A stretch of 64,000 bases of DNA from Blastocystis sp. Blastoise (GCA_039096225.1 JBBPEB010000031.1:1-64000), one strand, 5' to 3'; positions 14,160 to 28,057 are shown, counted from the stretch's first letter. Numbers and translations are program-made. The notes: a model not told the origin generated them from the sequence alone.

Positions 14160-15546
14160 TAATATAAAGAAAGCAGATAATAGAAAGCTATTAAATGTGA
14201 AAAATAATAATAATAATAAGCAAAAGAAAAAGAAAAAGAACTAAAAAAAAAAAAATCTAAACATAACCATAACACTAAAAAAACCTATATAAATAAAAAA
14301 TATATATATATAATAAAAAATAGTATAATAAATATATATAAAATATATATATTAAAAAAAATATTATAAATATTTGTTATATATATATATATATACCTTT
14401 AGATACATTTTTATTATTAAAATGAAAGCTAACATTAGGGTGATAAGATCCCCTATTAGAAAAGACACCTATATATAATATAATAAATGATAAAATATAT
14501 ATAAACAATAAATATATATATATACCTTCTAAAGAAGGAACAGAGGAATCACCATGATATCTTAACTGACTTGAAGAACCTATATATAATGAAAAGATAA
14601 TTAATAAATCAAAAAAAAAGAAAGGAAGAAATAAGAATATACCTGTATCATTATTACTATTAATCCAAGACTCCATAAGAAAAGAACGACCTATATAAGA
14701 TAAAAATAATAATAAACTAAATTAAATTTAAAAAGTAGACAACCTTCATCATTAATACGTTCAGCAACTACAACCACAACAGTAGAATAACCTATAAAGA
14801 AACAGTAATAGACAAATAATAAATAAAAAAAAAATAATAATAAATGAATGACAATATATATATACCTTTAATATCATATGAGCAGTCTACCTGATCACCA
14901 ACAACATCAACAGCAACATTTACATCAATAAAACAAACCTATATATATAAAAGTAAAAAAAAAAATAAATGAATGACAACATACCTTCAACACCACACAG
15001 ACATCTATTATCAACATCACTGTTAACATGTACAACAACTGAAGAACCTATATATATATAGAAATAATAAAAAAATAATAATAAAATATAAAAAAAAAAT
15101 AAATGATTGGTAACATACCATCTATAAAGCAAGAAGAACCTACATCAACACCGATATCACTATTGGAATCACTTACAATAACAGAAGAACCTATAAATAA
15201 AGAAAAGTTAAAAAAATAAAAACAAATCATTGACAACATACCTTCACAGTTAGCATAACAGGCAACACCACCACCACTGCATAATTCAAATAGCATAGAA
15301 GAACCTAAAATAATATAATAAATAATTAAAAAAAAAAAGAAATGGAAAAATATATACCTTAAAGACCATCATAGCAAGTACCACCAAGACCAAGAGCATA
15401 CACAACTGGATTTTATTGAGTAGAAGAACCTAAATATGAATACTAATAACAAATAGATACAATATACCTGATTTTCTTTGAAATATAAATTATTTTTTAT
15501 TTCCAGACCTCCACCTTGAAGCAATTTTGTTGTTCTTAGACATCAT
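14160..15546 (-). pseudogene. Decayed microexon-array paralog in B3 (3' limit approximate)
   Basis: Near-identical to the B1 and B2 copies. Confidence 0.75.
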
Positions 15547-16319
15547 AATTAATAATTTAATATATAAATGAGTATTAGATTATGTATTTAACAATCCTAT
15601 TTCATTTGAATTAATAAATATAATAGGGTCTATTTTTAAAATATGCTTCTTAAAACATAATAGAAATCAAAAATAGCCTTAATTTTTCATTGATTTTATT
15701 ACAAAAGTAATAATTGGGTCATTCTGGTTTAAAATCATTTTGGGTACCCAAAAAACATAGTTCTTTACTCTTTTTTAAATATTTTATTGTATTGATTGAC
15801 TTAGTGTGTTTTATTTATTTATTTAAAGTTATTTAACTTAGTATTATATTTATCTATTTATATACTAATTTATTTATTTAAAATAATACACTTCTTTATA
15901 GGATTCTCTTGTATTTGCCTTGGTTGTCATGGTTAGTGGTTCTTGAAGTGGTCCTGGTTAAATGAAATGGTTTATTTAGTGTCAGGTATATAAATATATA
16001 TATTTTTTATAATATTTCATTTTTAATTCATTTGTTTCTTTAATTGTTTCTTTTTTTATTATCTTTTTGGTTTATATTTTCTTTATATATAATTAATCAA
16101 TAGATTATTAGTTATTTTTATTCTATAGGGAAGAAAAATGTAACTGATGTGTGTGTTATACTCTTCGTTTTTTCATGTCTTTCTTTTAAATCTGTGGTTT
16201 CAGGTTGATTTATATGTATATATTTATATTTTATTTATTATTTTTGTTATTTATTGTTTCTTTATTTATTTATATTTTATTTATTAAATTTATTTTATTT
16301 ATTTATTTATTTATTTATT

Positions 16320-16358
<39 letters not shown>

Positions 16359-16931
16359 TTATATTTATTATATTTATATGTTTATTTATTTATTATTATT
16401 TATTTATTTTATATGTTTATTTATTTATTTTTAATATTTATTTATGTATTTATTAATTATTTATATTATCTTTTTTATATGTTTTCTATTTTATATAGGT
16501 TTAAAATCTTCTTATTCTTTTTTTTTCTTCTTTCTTCTTCCTTCTTACTTCTTTCTCATTCTTTCTACTTCCTATTTCCTTCTTCATTCCTTCTTCCTTC
16601 TTCCTATTTCCTTCTCCATTCATGCTTCCTTCTTCCTATTTCATTCTTCATTCATGCTTCCTACTTCCTACTTCCTTCTTCCTTCTTCCTCATCTTTGAT
16701 TCTTCTTACTTACTTCTTCTTCATTCTGGATTCTTCCTTCTTCCTCATCCTTCCTTATTCTTACTTCTTCTTACTTCCTTCTTTCTCATCCTTCTTCCTC
16801 ATCCTTCCTTATTCTTACTTCTTCTTCCTAATCCTTCCTACTTCCTTCTTCCTCATCCTTCCACTTCATTTCCTTCTTATTATATATATATATATATATA
16901 TATTTGATTATTATTATTATTTATAAACTCC

Positions 16932-16997
16932 TTTTATGCTCTAGAAGGAGAGAAACAATCATATAGATTGTTTTCAGGTTCAATTCCTGACATAAAG
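16932..16997 (+). ncRNA. tRNA-like cloverleaf, internal type
   Basis: Same as 12366-12431. Confidence 0.7.
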
Positions 16998-17030
16998 TGT
17001 TATTTTTTTATTTTTTAATATTTTATTCAC

Positions 17031-17109
<79 letters not shown>

Positions 17110-18983
17110 TTTTTTAATTTATTTTAATCCAGTTTAATTTATACTTTTCAATTTTGACCTTATATATATATATCTAACTTTTTATAGTTTTTTTAGACTT
17201 CCTCTTCTCAACAACAGTCACAATGAGAACAAATCTATTTATACTCAAACAAATAAATTATCTCTAAACTGTTTGAATCAATCAATATAGACGTGTCTGA
17301 CATAATTTATCAATTTAAACTCAATTTTAATAATTAAAAGTAAACAAACCAAACACACATGTCGACTTTAAAACGTTAAACTCAGTATTAAAAGATAGTT
17401 TTTATAGAGTGGACATAAAACATTGATTTAAACAAAAATGAATTAAAATAATTAACTCTTGACACAACTTTACCATTTGACAAAACACTCATCCACAATA
17501 TTTTCCAAAGTTCTTTTAGTAAAGTGTTTATATACACATATTATGTATAAAATGAAAGTCAACTTCTTGAATCTCTTTGTTTAAGACAGTGTTTAAAACA
17601 TTTTGACAAATTAACAACCTTTAACTTGCTATTTAAAGCTGATATTTTAAGAGTAAACTTGATTTAACTACTTAAACACAACTGTCATCATCATAACACT
17701 TTTAAAGACACTTTACCATTTGCTAATACACTTTGATCAAAATATTTTTGTCCCTTCTTTTAATATAATATAGGTCATACACTCTAGTTTAATGACTAAA
17801 AGCTCTTATTTTGAATCTCGTCCTCTAAGTCACTCATTTTTACATTTTCTAAAAATTAAGACCCTTAGAGTTGACTTTTTGGCTCAGTTTTTTTACAGTG
17901 CACGAAATTCACGATTTTGTATAAACTGAAGTAAAAATAAATTTTAAATAATAGTCACAACCCTTCACACATCAACTCTTTAAAAATTATTTTCTTTGTA
18001 CTTTTGATATGTTGTAGAGCTACTATAGCTGCACACTAATTAATATCTCTAAATTTTTTATTCAAAGTTTAAGACTATGTTTTACACATTTATTTAAATT
18101 TGACAACCTTAAACTATTTATTTAAAGCTCTTATTCATAAAATAGACTTAATACATGATTCTAAACATATATAGAAACCCTTTTACTTTTTAAGACACAT
18201 TTTGTCATTTGGTCATACACTTTGACCATCATAATTTTGACTCTCCTTTTAACATAGTATAGAGTTATAAGTCTAGTTTACTAAATAAAAGTCATTATAT
18301 TGAATCTCTCACTCTAAGACCACTTAATTCACATTTTTTCAAAATTGTGACACTCAAACTCATTATTTTAAGACTTTGTTTTAACTATAGTAGTTTGAGG
18401 ACCTATTGATTACTATGATACAATATTAGTCAATTATAAGAAGATCGAAGAAAAATATCGATCACTCAAAAATCGTCCTCAGGAGCTCAAAATCGCTACA
18501 CCTAGGTTTTTTGACCTCCTGAATCAGAATATCATGTCAAAATAAGAATCTAAATTTGACCGTTAAGGCCTCACGTGTTCAATATGAAAAAGTATTAAAA
18601 AATAGATAAATATAAAGAATAAACACGGATAACGTATATTGTGGGATTGATAAAAAATCAAGTTTACCCCATGTTTATTTTTCAATTGTCTGGTCAACAA
18701 TTTTTATCGGGATGATCCCAAAGAGCCAATCAAAAACGACTCAAAAATCATGTTTTCTGTTCTTTTATTAATAACTTTTTAATTATAAATAATATCGCTT
18801 AACCAAATATACGGTGCACAACTACATGTTATATCCTATTGAACTGTGTTTCAACGAAAAGTTAACTCCCCGTAAGTTTAGAGGAGTTGCGGCGACAAAC
18901 TATAGTATACATTAGCCAATCAAATGGTTTTTCCAAAAACTGACCAATGGGAATTTTTTTGCCTATTCTCATATATATAGTAA

Positions 18984-19037
<54 letters not shown>

Positions 19038-21325
19038 TCTTTTTTTAATTTATTTTAATCCAGTTTAATTTATACTTTTCAATTTTGACCTTATATATAT
19101 ATATCTAACTTTTTATAGTTTTTTTAGACTTCCTCTTCTCAACAACAGTCACAATGAGAACAAATCTATTTATACTCAAACAAATAAATTATCTCTAAAC
19201 TGTTTGAATCAATCAATATAGACGTGTCTGACATAATTTATCAATTTAAACTCAATTTTAATAATTAAAAGTAAACAAACCAAACACACATGTCGACTTT
19301 AAAACGTTAAACTCAGTATTAAAAGATAGTTTTTATAGAGTGGACATAAAACATTGATTTAAACAAAAATGAATTAAAATAATTAACTCTTGACACAACT
19401 TTACCATTTGACAAAACACTCATCCACAATATTTTCCAAAGTTCTTTTAGTAAAGTGTTTATATACACATATTATGTATAAAATGAAAGTCAACTTCTTG
19501 AATCTCTTTGTTTAAGACAGTGTTTAAAACATTTTGACAAATTAACAACCTTTAACTTGCTATTTAAAGCTGATATTTTAAGAGTAAACTTGATTTAACT
19601 ACTTAAACACAACTGTCATCATCATAACACTTTTAAAGACACTTTACCATTTGCTAATACACTTTGATCAAAATATTTTTGTCCCTTCTTTTAATATAAT
19701 ATAGGTCATACACTCTAGTTTAATGACTAAAAGCTCTTATTTTGAATCTCGTCCTCTAAGTCACTCATTTTTACATTTTCTAAAAATTAAGACCCTTAGA
19801 GTTGACTTTTTGGCTCAGTTTTTTTACAGTGCACGAAATTCACGATTTTGTATAAACTGAAGTAAAAATAAATTTTAAATAATAGTCACAACCCTTCACA
19901 CATCAACTCTTTAAAAATTATTTTCTTTGTACTTTTGATATGTTGTAGAGCTACTATAGCTGCACACTAATTAATATCTCTAAATTTTTTATTCAAAGTT
20001 TAAGACTATGTTTTACACATTTATTTAAATTTGACAACCTTAAACTATTTATTTAAAGCTCTTATTCATAAAATAGACTTAATACATGATTCTAAACATA
20101 TATAGAAACCCTTTTACTTTTTAAGACACATTTTGTCATTTGGTCATACACTTTGACCATCATAATTTTGACTCTCCTTTTAACATAGTATAGAGTTATA
20201 AGTCTAGTTTACTAAATAAAAGTCATTATATTGAATCTCTCACTCTAAGACCACTTAATTCACATTTTTCAAAATTGTGACACTCAAACTCATTATTTTA
20301 AGACTTTGTTTTAACTATAGTAGTTTGAGGACCTATTGATTACTATGATACAATATTAGTCAATTATAAGAAGATCGAAGAAAATATCGATCACTCAAAA
20401 ATCGTCCTCAGGAGCTCAAAATCGCTACACCTAGGTTTTTTGACCTCCTGAATCAGAATATCATGTCAAAATAAGAATCTAAATTTGACCGTTAAGGCCT
20501 CACGTGTTCAATATGAAAAAGTATTAAAAAATAGATAAATATAAAGAATAAACACGGATAACGTATATTGTGGGATTGATAAAAAATCAAGTTTACCCCA
20601 TGTTTATTTTTCAATTGTCTGGTCAACAATTTTTATCGGGATGATCCCAAAGAGCCAATCAAAAACGACTCAAAAATCATGTTTTCTGTTCTTTTATTAA
20701 TAACTTTTTAATTATAAATAATATCGCTTAACCAAATATACGGTGCACAACTACATGTTATATCCTATTGAACTGTGTTTCAACGAAAAGTTAACTCCCC
20801 GTAAGTTTAGAGGAGTTGCGGCGACAAACTATAGTATACATTAGCCAATCAAATGGTTTTTCCAAAAACTGACCAATGGGAATTTTTTTGCCTATTCTCA
20901 TATATATAGTAATGATAATGATAACATATATCTATTCCTTCTATATATCATCTATATTATCTATATTATCTATATTATCTATATTATCTATATTATCTAT
21001 AATATCTATATTATCTATAATATCTATATTATCATATTATCTATATTATCTATATCATCTATATCATCTATATCATCTATATCATCTATATTATCTATAT
21101 TATCTATAATATCTATATTATCTATATCATCTATTCTTTCTATATAATCTATATTATCTATATTATCTATATCATCTATATTATCTATATTATCTATATA
21201 TAATTTATTCCTTCTATTTATCATCAATATACTATCTATATATCATCTATATCATTTATACCATATATGATATATATATAAATATAATAAACATATTATA
21301 TATACTATTAGCTAATACTATATAG

Positions 21326-21530
21326 TTTCATTGATAACGAGATATTGTCACAAACGCCATGTTGTAAGATTCTGAAGCCTCTTTATGCTCTGCAGTCAAA
21401 AGGTAAGCCTGTCACTATTAGACGAAAGAGAAAGGCAGAAGAGGCTATGAATAAGAAGTATAAAAAGGTTCCTCATGTGAAACGTGCCATACCACTTGAA
21501 GACCAGGTTAAAATGACTCGTTTTGATTAA
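21326..21530 (+). CDS. Probable terminal exon of a host gene (FIDNEILSQTPCCKILKPLYALQSKGKPVTIRRKRK...TRFD*), product unknown
   Basis: CTAAT branch-like motif and TATAG acceptor before 21326; higher GC; open frame to TAA; basic NLS-like stretch. Confidence 0.55.
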
Positions 21531-21870
21531 TCATTTATCAATATTATTTTCCATATTATTTCTAATACTATAAACAAATATGTATCTAATTTAACTAATT
21601 ATCATAGTATTATTCATATATATCTTATTTAAATCTATTTTTATGATACTCATTCATTATATATATATATATATAAACATTTTTTATTTATTCAATTATT
21701 ATACTCAAAATTATATTACATATTTTCCATATATATAACCTATTGTTTTTATTCTTGTTGAGTTCATCATTCTTAAATCTTTCTTCCTATATATCAATAA
21801 ACAATAACATTCAATACTCTATAACCATAAACGAACATAAATATATATATATATATATATATCATTACTA

Positions 21871-21920
21871 CTAGGGTAACGCCGCTGGCGCACCGCCTAA
21901 CGGCGACGCGCCGCGGCTGC
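21871..21920 (-). terminator. Helitron 3' hairpin + CTAG, autonomous variant (also 50629-50678)
   Basis: GCCGC-GGCGCG-TCGCC-GTTA-GGCGG-TGCGCC-A-GCGGC-GTTACCCTAG. Confidence 0.9.
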
Positions 21921-24900
21921 GTTGTGCAGTTGGGTTTTAAAATTATTTCTTTAACTTTATTGAACAAAACAACCTTGTTTATTATAAACATTTAAAAAAC
22001 AAATAAAAAGTGAAGAAGTAATAGATTAAAAAGAAAAAATAATTAACAAACATAAAACAAAAACAAACAAATATAACAAAAGAAGAAAAAAGAAAAAATA
22101 AAGCATTTAATTATTTAGAGTAGACCTGAAGACCACGTTCTTAGTAAATATTTCATTACTACTACTAATCATCTTACCTTGAGAGACACTATCAACTACC
22201 TTAATAAAAAGAGCGTTGAAAGATCGAGCACGACTGAAAGCAACATAGAGTTGACCATGAGAGAAGACAGGACGATCTAAGTAAACACCAACTCTTTCAA
22301 ATGTTTGTCCTTGAGATTTGTTGATAGTCATGGCAAAGGCTAAACGAATAGGAAATTGTCTTCTGGATATAATAATAGGAAGATCTTCAGGATTTGAATT
22401 ACAGATGATTCTTGGAATAATAACAGTTTGTTCATCAATAGTAAGAGAAGGAGGAGGATTTAAAATAGTAGCAGTAATATTATTTGATCCTAATCGAGTT
22501 ACTATAAGTCTAGTACCATTACATAATCCTTTAGAAGGATTAAGATTTCTTAAAAGCATAATGATACAACCTATTTTTAAATTTAATATATGAGGAGGCA
22601 TTCCAGAAGGTGTTTGAGAATTGATAAACTCGATAGGATAATTTGATTCTGGATCATCTGTTTCAGAATCAAGAATAGAATCAGAAGAGATATAAGGAGT
22701 AGTAGTTCCAGAAAGAAGATTATCAACAATGAAATCATTTAAAGTACCAACACAATCATTAGTAGAAGCTAATATAACAGAAGAAGCTAATCGTTTGATA
22801 TCAGAATCAAGAGAAGTATTGATTCGATGTCCAAATACAGTAACACATAAATCATCATTCACAATACATTGAGGAGGAATAGGAATATAATCTATATCTA
22901 AATGATGACTAATAGTATAATTATTAGAAAGAACACCATCTCCTACTTGTAATAACCATTGTCTAAAATCATCTGCTCCTTCTAAAGCTCTCATATTTCT
23001 TGATAAATGAATGACATTATTTTTGATAGAATTCCATAAGGAACAAAACTTTATAGAAGAACTAACAATCTGAGCTTGAGTTCCTTTTCTTATAACTGGT
23101 AAACATTGTCTGAAATCTCCTCCTAATACTACTGTTTTACCACCAAAAGGAATATCTAATTCTGTATTCATTATATCACATAATAATCTATGTACTACCA
23201 TAAAACAATCACCTTTCATCATAGGAGCTTCATCCCATATTATTAAATCAGCTATTCTTATTTCTTCTACTTTTCTTCTATCTCTAGCTAAATCTATATT
23301 TGAAGTAGAATCAGGATCAACATTCAAAGGAATACCAAATTGTTTATGAGCTGTTCTACCACCTGGTAATAAAGTAGAAGCAATTCCTGTTGAAGCTACA
23401 GGTAATACATTCTTATTATGTCCACGTAAATAACTTAATAAACTATTATATAAGAAAGTCTTTCCACTTCCACCTGGACCATCTATAAAGAAACATAACT
23501 TATCTTCTATTCTACTACTTTCTATTGAATGAATTACTCTATCAAATGCATTTCTTTGTTCTTCATTTAATAATTCTATTACTCTATTAGCTTCTTGTAA
23601 TTCTAATGTAGGATTATAATTATAATCATTATAATGATGTTGTTCTTCTACTTGAGGTAATCCTAAATCATTATAATTCACTCCTATACTTATCATCATC
23701 TCTTTTATATCTTGTAAAGTACGTATTTCATAATCTTGAAGAACACTATTAGTATCATCTTCTATAACACTTGATGAATCTAAATCTTGAGCTAAAGGAG
23801 TATTTATATAATCTATTTCATTATTATGCATTGAATGTTTATAATCCTCACTAAGAAATGATTTAAATCGAATCCAAAACTCTTTCACATTTGTTAATAA
23901 TGATTCTGAAATATAAGTAATAAATAATTGTCTCAATTGACATGGAGTAGCAAAAACAATAGCTTCTGAAAATGAATCAAATACTTCTCTCTCATTATTC
24001 AATAATCCTCTTGCTATAGCTGCTTCACTAAAGGTTCTATAAGGTTCATTACTATTCAATCCTTTTACTATCTTCAAAGAATCAAAGCTATCAGCTCCTT
24101 TCGTATTCAATAATAATAATCTCAAAGCATATCGTTCCTTATCTTTTGGATTCACATAATACATTCTTCCTAAAGCTTTTATATCTCTCTGACGTCTATT
24201 CCAAGTATTTGTATTCGATTTCCATACATAATATTTTGGTATTTCATGATAAGCATAAATAGGATATTTCTCATCTAATATTTTCAATAATTCTTCGGAT
24301 ATATTATCATCATCTACTTCATAACTATTTATTCTATTTATCTCTTCTAAACGAACTTGAATCAATTCTCTTTCTTCTTCTACATTATTCATATTACGAA
24401 TACCATGCTTCTTCTCTATATAATAATAAGTATATATCTTTCTTTGATTCTGAACTTCTTTCTCTAAATCAAAGTATTTTGTTAATTTAGTACCTTTCTC
24501 TAAACTATTCCTTAATGCTTCTACTTCATGTCCTTCTCGAAATAATATATATGGATCATCAGGTAAATGAATAGGTAATCTATTAATAGAAACAGAATTA
24601 TAAGTAATTTCAAAACAATTCAAACGATAAGAAGCTTCAGGAGGAGAAACATATCGACAATCTAAATAAGCTTGAGTTTCATCTACTATTCCATTATCAT
24701 TCACTCTTCTTAATTGAGCTATCACAGAATCATTTCCTTTTAATGCATACTTATATATATATTTTGTACTTTGAATATTACAACAGACTTCTACATTAAT
24801 ATGAGCTTGATATTTCAATAATAAATAAGGATTATAAGGAACTACCCAACGATTATCAATAGTATAAGTATTATGACTACGAATAAGAGTAATAGTTCTA

Positions 24901-26149
24901 TCAGGAATATTTCTTCTTTGATATAAAGGATAAGAATTTAAATGACAATTAGTTTGCTCTATATATTCTTTTGGAAATCTCTTACTACATTTACCTGTTG
25001 ATCTATCAATACAAACACAATTCGTATCATAATCAGGACCACATGGACCATGAATCATATGTTTCTTAACTAATTCATAAAGAAGAGGAGTTGATTCTTT
25101 ATCAGGAATCTCTGCACTTATTATACTATCTACTTCATCTTCTGTTCTATATTTAGAATTCGTATCTAAAATAATTAATATATGAGAATGTGGTAAACCT
25201 CTCTTTTGGAATTCCACTGAATATAATAAAGCTTCTACAGTACCAAATATATTCTTATCCTTTATATCAGAAAGTAATTGTTTCAACTTTAAATGAAACA
25301 CTCTTGAAACTAAATCTGGAAATTCATTAACAGTATAACCTTCTGGAATATTATTCTTTATTTCTAACCAATCTGGATTGCAAGTAAATGTTATAAATAA
25401 ATCAGGTTTACCATATTCTCGAACTACACTCATAGCATCCATATATTTCTGTTGCAAATTTCTTGGACTACCAACAAAAGAAGAAGGTAATATAATAGCT
25501 TTACCTATTCTATCTATATTTCTATCATTCTCATTTATTTGATCTCCTCTCTCTTCTAACATCATTACTATATATATGAGAATAGGCAAAAAAATTCCCA
25601 TTGGTCAGTTTTTGGAAAATGCATTTGATTGGCTACTATATACTATAGTTTGTCGCCGCAACTCCTCTAAACTTACGGGGAGTTAACTTTTGAGTGAAAC
25701 ACAGTTCAATAGGATATAACATGTAGTTGTGCACCATATATTTGGTTAAGCGATATAATTAATAATTAAAAAGATATTAATAAAAGAACAGAAAACATGA
25801 TTTTTGAGTCGTTTTTGATTGGCTCTTTGGGGTGACCCCGATAAAAATTGTTGACCAGACAATTGGAAAATAAACATGGGGTAAACTTGATTTTTTCTCA
25901 ATCCCACAATATACGTTATCCGTGTTTATTCTTTATATTTATCTATTTTTTAATACTTTTTCATATTGAACACGTGAGGCCTTAACGGTCAAATTTAGAT
26001 TCTTATTTTGACATGATATTCTGATTCAGGAGGTCGAAAAACCTAGGTGTACCAATTTTGAGTTCCTGAGGACGATTTTTGAGTGATCGATATTTTCTTC
26101 GATCTTCTTATAATGGACTAATATTGTATAATGGTAATCAATAGGTCCT

Positions 26150-27900
26150 CAAACTACTATAGTTAAAACAAGGTCTTAAAATAATGAGTTTGAGTGTCAC
26201 AATTTTGAAAAATGTGAATTAAGTGGTCTTAGAGGATAAGATTCAATATAATGACTTTTGTTTAGTAAACTAGAGATAATACTCTATTCTATGTTAAAAG
26301 GAGAGTCAAAATTATGATGGTCAAAGTGTATCACCAAATGACAAAATGTGTCTTAAAAAGTAAAAGTGTTTGCATATGTGTATAGAATCATGTATTAAGT
26401 ATATTCTATGAATAAGAACTTTAAATAAATAGTTTAAGGTTGCCAAATTTAAATAAATGTGTAAAACATAGTCTTAAACTATGAATAAAAAATTTATAGA
26501 TTTTAATTAGTGTACAGCTGTAGTAGCTCTACAACATATCAAAAGTGCAAAGAAAATAATTTTTAGAGAGTGGATGTGTGAGGTGTTGTGAGAGTTATTA
26601 AAAATTTATTTTTACTTCAGTTTATTTAAAATCGTGAATTTCGTGCACTGTAGAAAAATTGAGTCAAAAAATCAACTCTAAGGGTCTTAAATTTAAAAAA
26701 ATGTAAAAATGAGTGACTTAGAGGACGAGATTCAAAATAAGAGTGTTTATTCATTAAACTAGAGTGTATGAGCTATATTATGTTAAAAGAAGGGACGAAA
26801 ATGTTTTGATCAAAGTGTATGACCAAATGGTAAAGTGTCCTTAAAAAGTCTAAAGTGTTGACTAATGTGCTTATAGAGTCATATAAAGTCTACTATGTAA
26901 ATATTAGCTTTTAAAAATATGTTTAAGCCTTTCAATTAGTAAAAATATGTTCAAAGAGAGTCATAAAATGAGAGTTTTAAGAAACGAGATATTGTTCAGT
27001 ATACACTAAGAGACACTCTACAACATATCAAAAATATAGCAAAAACTATTTTTAGAGACTGGATGTGTGAAGGGTTGTGAGAGTTATTGAAAAAATATTT
27101 TTACTTCAGTTTATCCAAAATCGTGTTTTTGGAACACTGTAGAAAAATTAACTTCAAAAATCAACTCTAAGGGTCTTAATTTTAAAAAATGTGAAAATGA
27201 TTGACTTAGAGGACGAGATTCAAAATTCCCCATCGCTTTCATATAATTAGACAACACACTCTATATTATGTCAAAAGGAGGGATGAAAATATTTTGGTCG
27301 AAGTAAATGAGCAAATGCAAAAGGTTTACAAAATGTTTTAAAGTGATCACCAATGTGTAGCTATGGTCATATTAAGTAAAGTGTGTAAATATTAGCATTT
27401 AAAAATGAGTTTAAGTGTGTCAACTTTTCATAATGTGTCAAAAAGGGTCTTTAAGAAAGAGATTCAAAACATTTACTTTTATTTAATAAATAGTATGATA
27501 AACTCTATATTATATCAAAAGACTGACGGAAACTGTTTTGATACAGTGGATCTTGAATGGGTAAAGTCTATTTAAAAGTTACTATTTTGAGTTATTTATG
27601 TTAAAATCATTATTTGAGACGAATATAAAAATATTAACTTTTTAAATAATGTTTTAGTTGTCAAAGTTAGAATGAATGCTGACTTTGTTATGATTAAAGC
27701 TTTCTAATTCTTTTAAAAAGTATTAAAATGAGTTAAAATTATTATATTATGCTTATTTAAATGAATTTTATGAATTAAAAATACTTTACACTACTTCACA
27801 TTGGTACTCATTTCTAAAGTTATTGACTTTAAAAACTCAAAGAATGTTTTAAACAGTTGTTTAATTATTACTAAATACAAAATATATTTTAAAAATAAAT
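26150..27900. repeat. Degenerate satellite-like array, 244-bp monomer / 488-bp dimer (homologs near 5090-6300, 9480-10690, 31460-33200, 38000-39200, 40390-41600, 47600-48590 and in other copies)
   Basis: Anchor AATRTR motif at 26211, 26456, 26700, 26944, 27188, 27432; GACTTAGAGGACGAGATTCAAAAT recurs 488 bp apart. Confidence 0.85.
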
Positions 27901-27989
27901 TGTTGTGAAAAAATTGACTTAGAAAGTGATTTTAATTAAACAATAATTTTTTCTCTTTTTTAATTTCTTATTTAAAAAGTCTAAAATAA

Positions 27990-28057
27990 TCTTATATCAG
28001 GAATTGAACCTGATTACAATCATAAAATAATTGTAACTCTCCATATAGAGTATAAGA
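27990..28057 (-). ncRNA. tRNA-like cloverleaf, 3'-end type (D variant)
   Basis: Middle arm TTACAATTA-TTTTA-TGATTGTAA; other arms conserved. Confidence 0.7.

Larger units (their letters stand above)
12493..18986 (-). mobile_element. Non-autonomous Helitron type B (copy B3, 6494 bp) nested in the (AT)n tract of B1
   Basis: CTAG at 12493, 5' end at 18986, (AT)n on both flanks; near-identical to B1 and B2. Confidence 0.95.
1435..20915 (-). mobile_element. Non-autonomous Helitron, 6.5-kb cargo type B (outer copy B1, 6493 bp after removing two nested copies)
   Basis: 3' CTAG + GC hairpin at 1435-1484; 5' TCATTACTATATATATGAGAATAGG end at 20915 on the minus strand; flanks rejoin as cata|taat (A|T, no TSD); contains nested 4499-10992 and 12493-18986. 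Confidence 0.95.

Noticed and set aside
1435-20915. Pure assembly artefact
   Set aside because: Every junction falls exactly on TC or CTAG termini at A|T sites with matching empty sites, which misassembly would be unlikely to reproduce; read-level confirmation is still advisable
20876-21227. ORFs with SIL or DNI repeats
   Set aside because: Translations of the 9-bp TATTATCTA repeat
22318-22593. Plus-strand ORFs inside RepHel (also 29974-30228, 51076-51351, 56051-56305)
   Set aside because: Antisense shadows of the real coding frame
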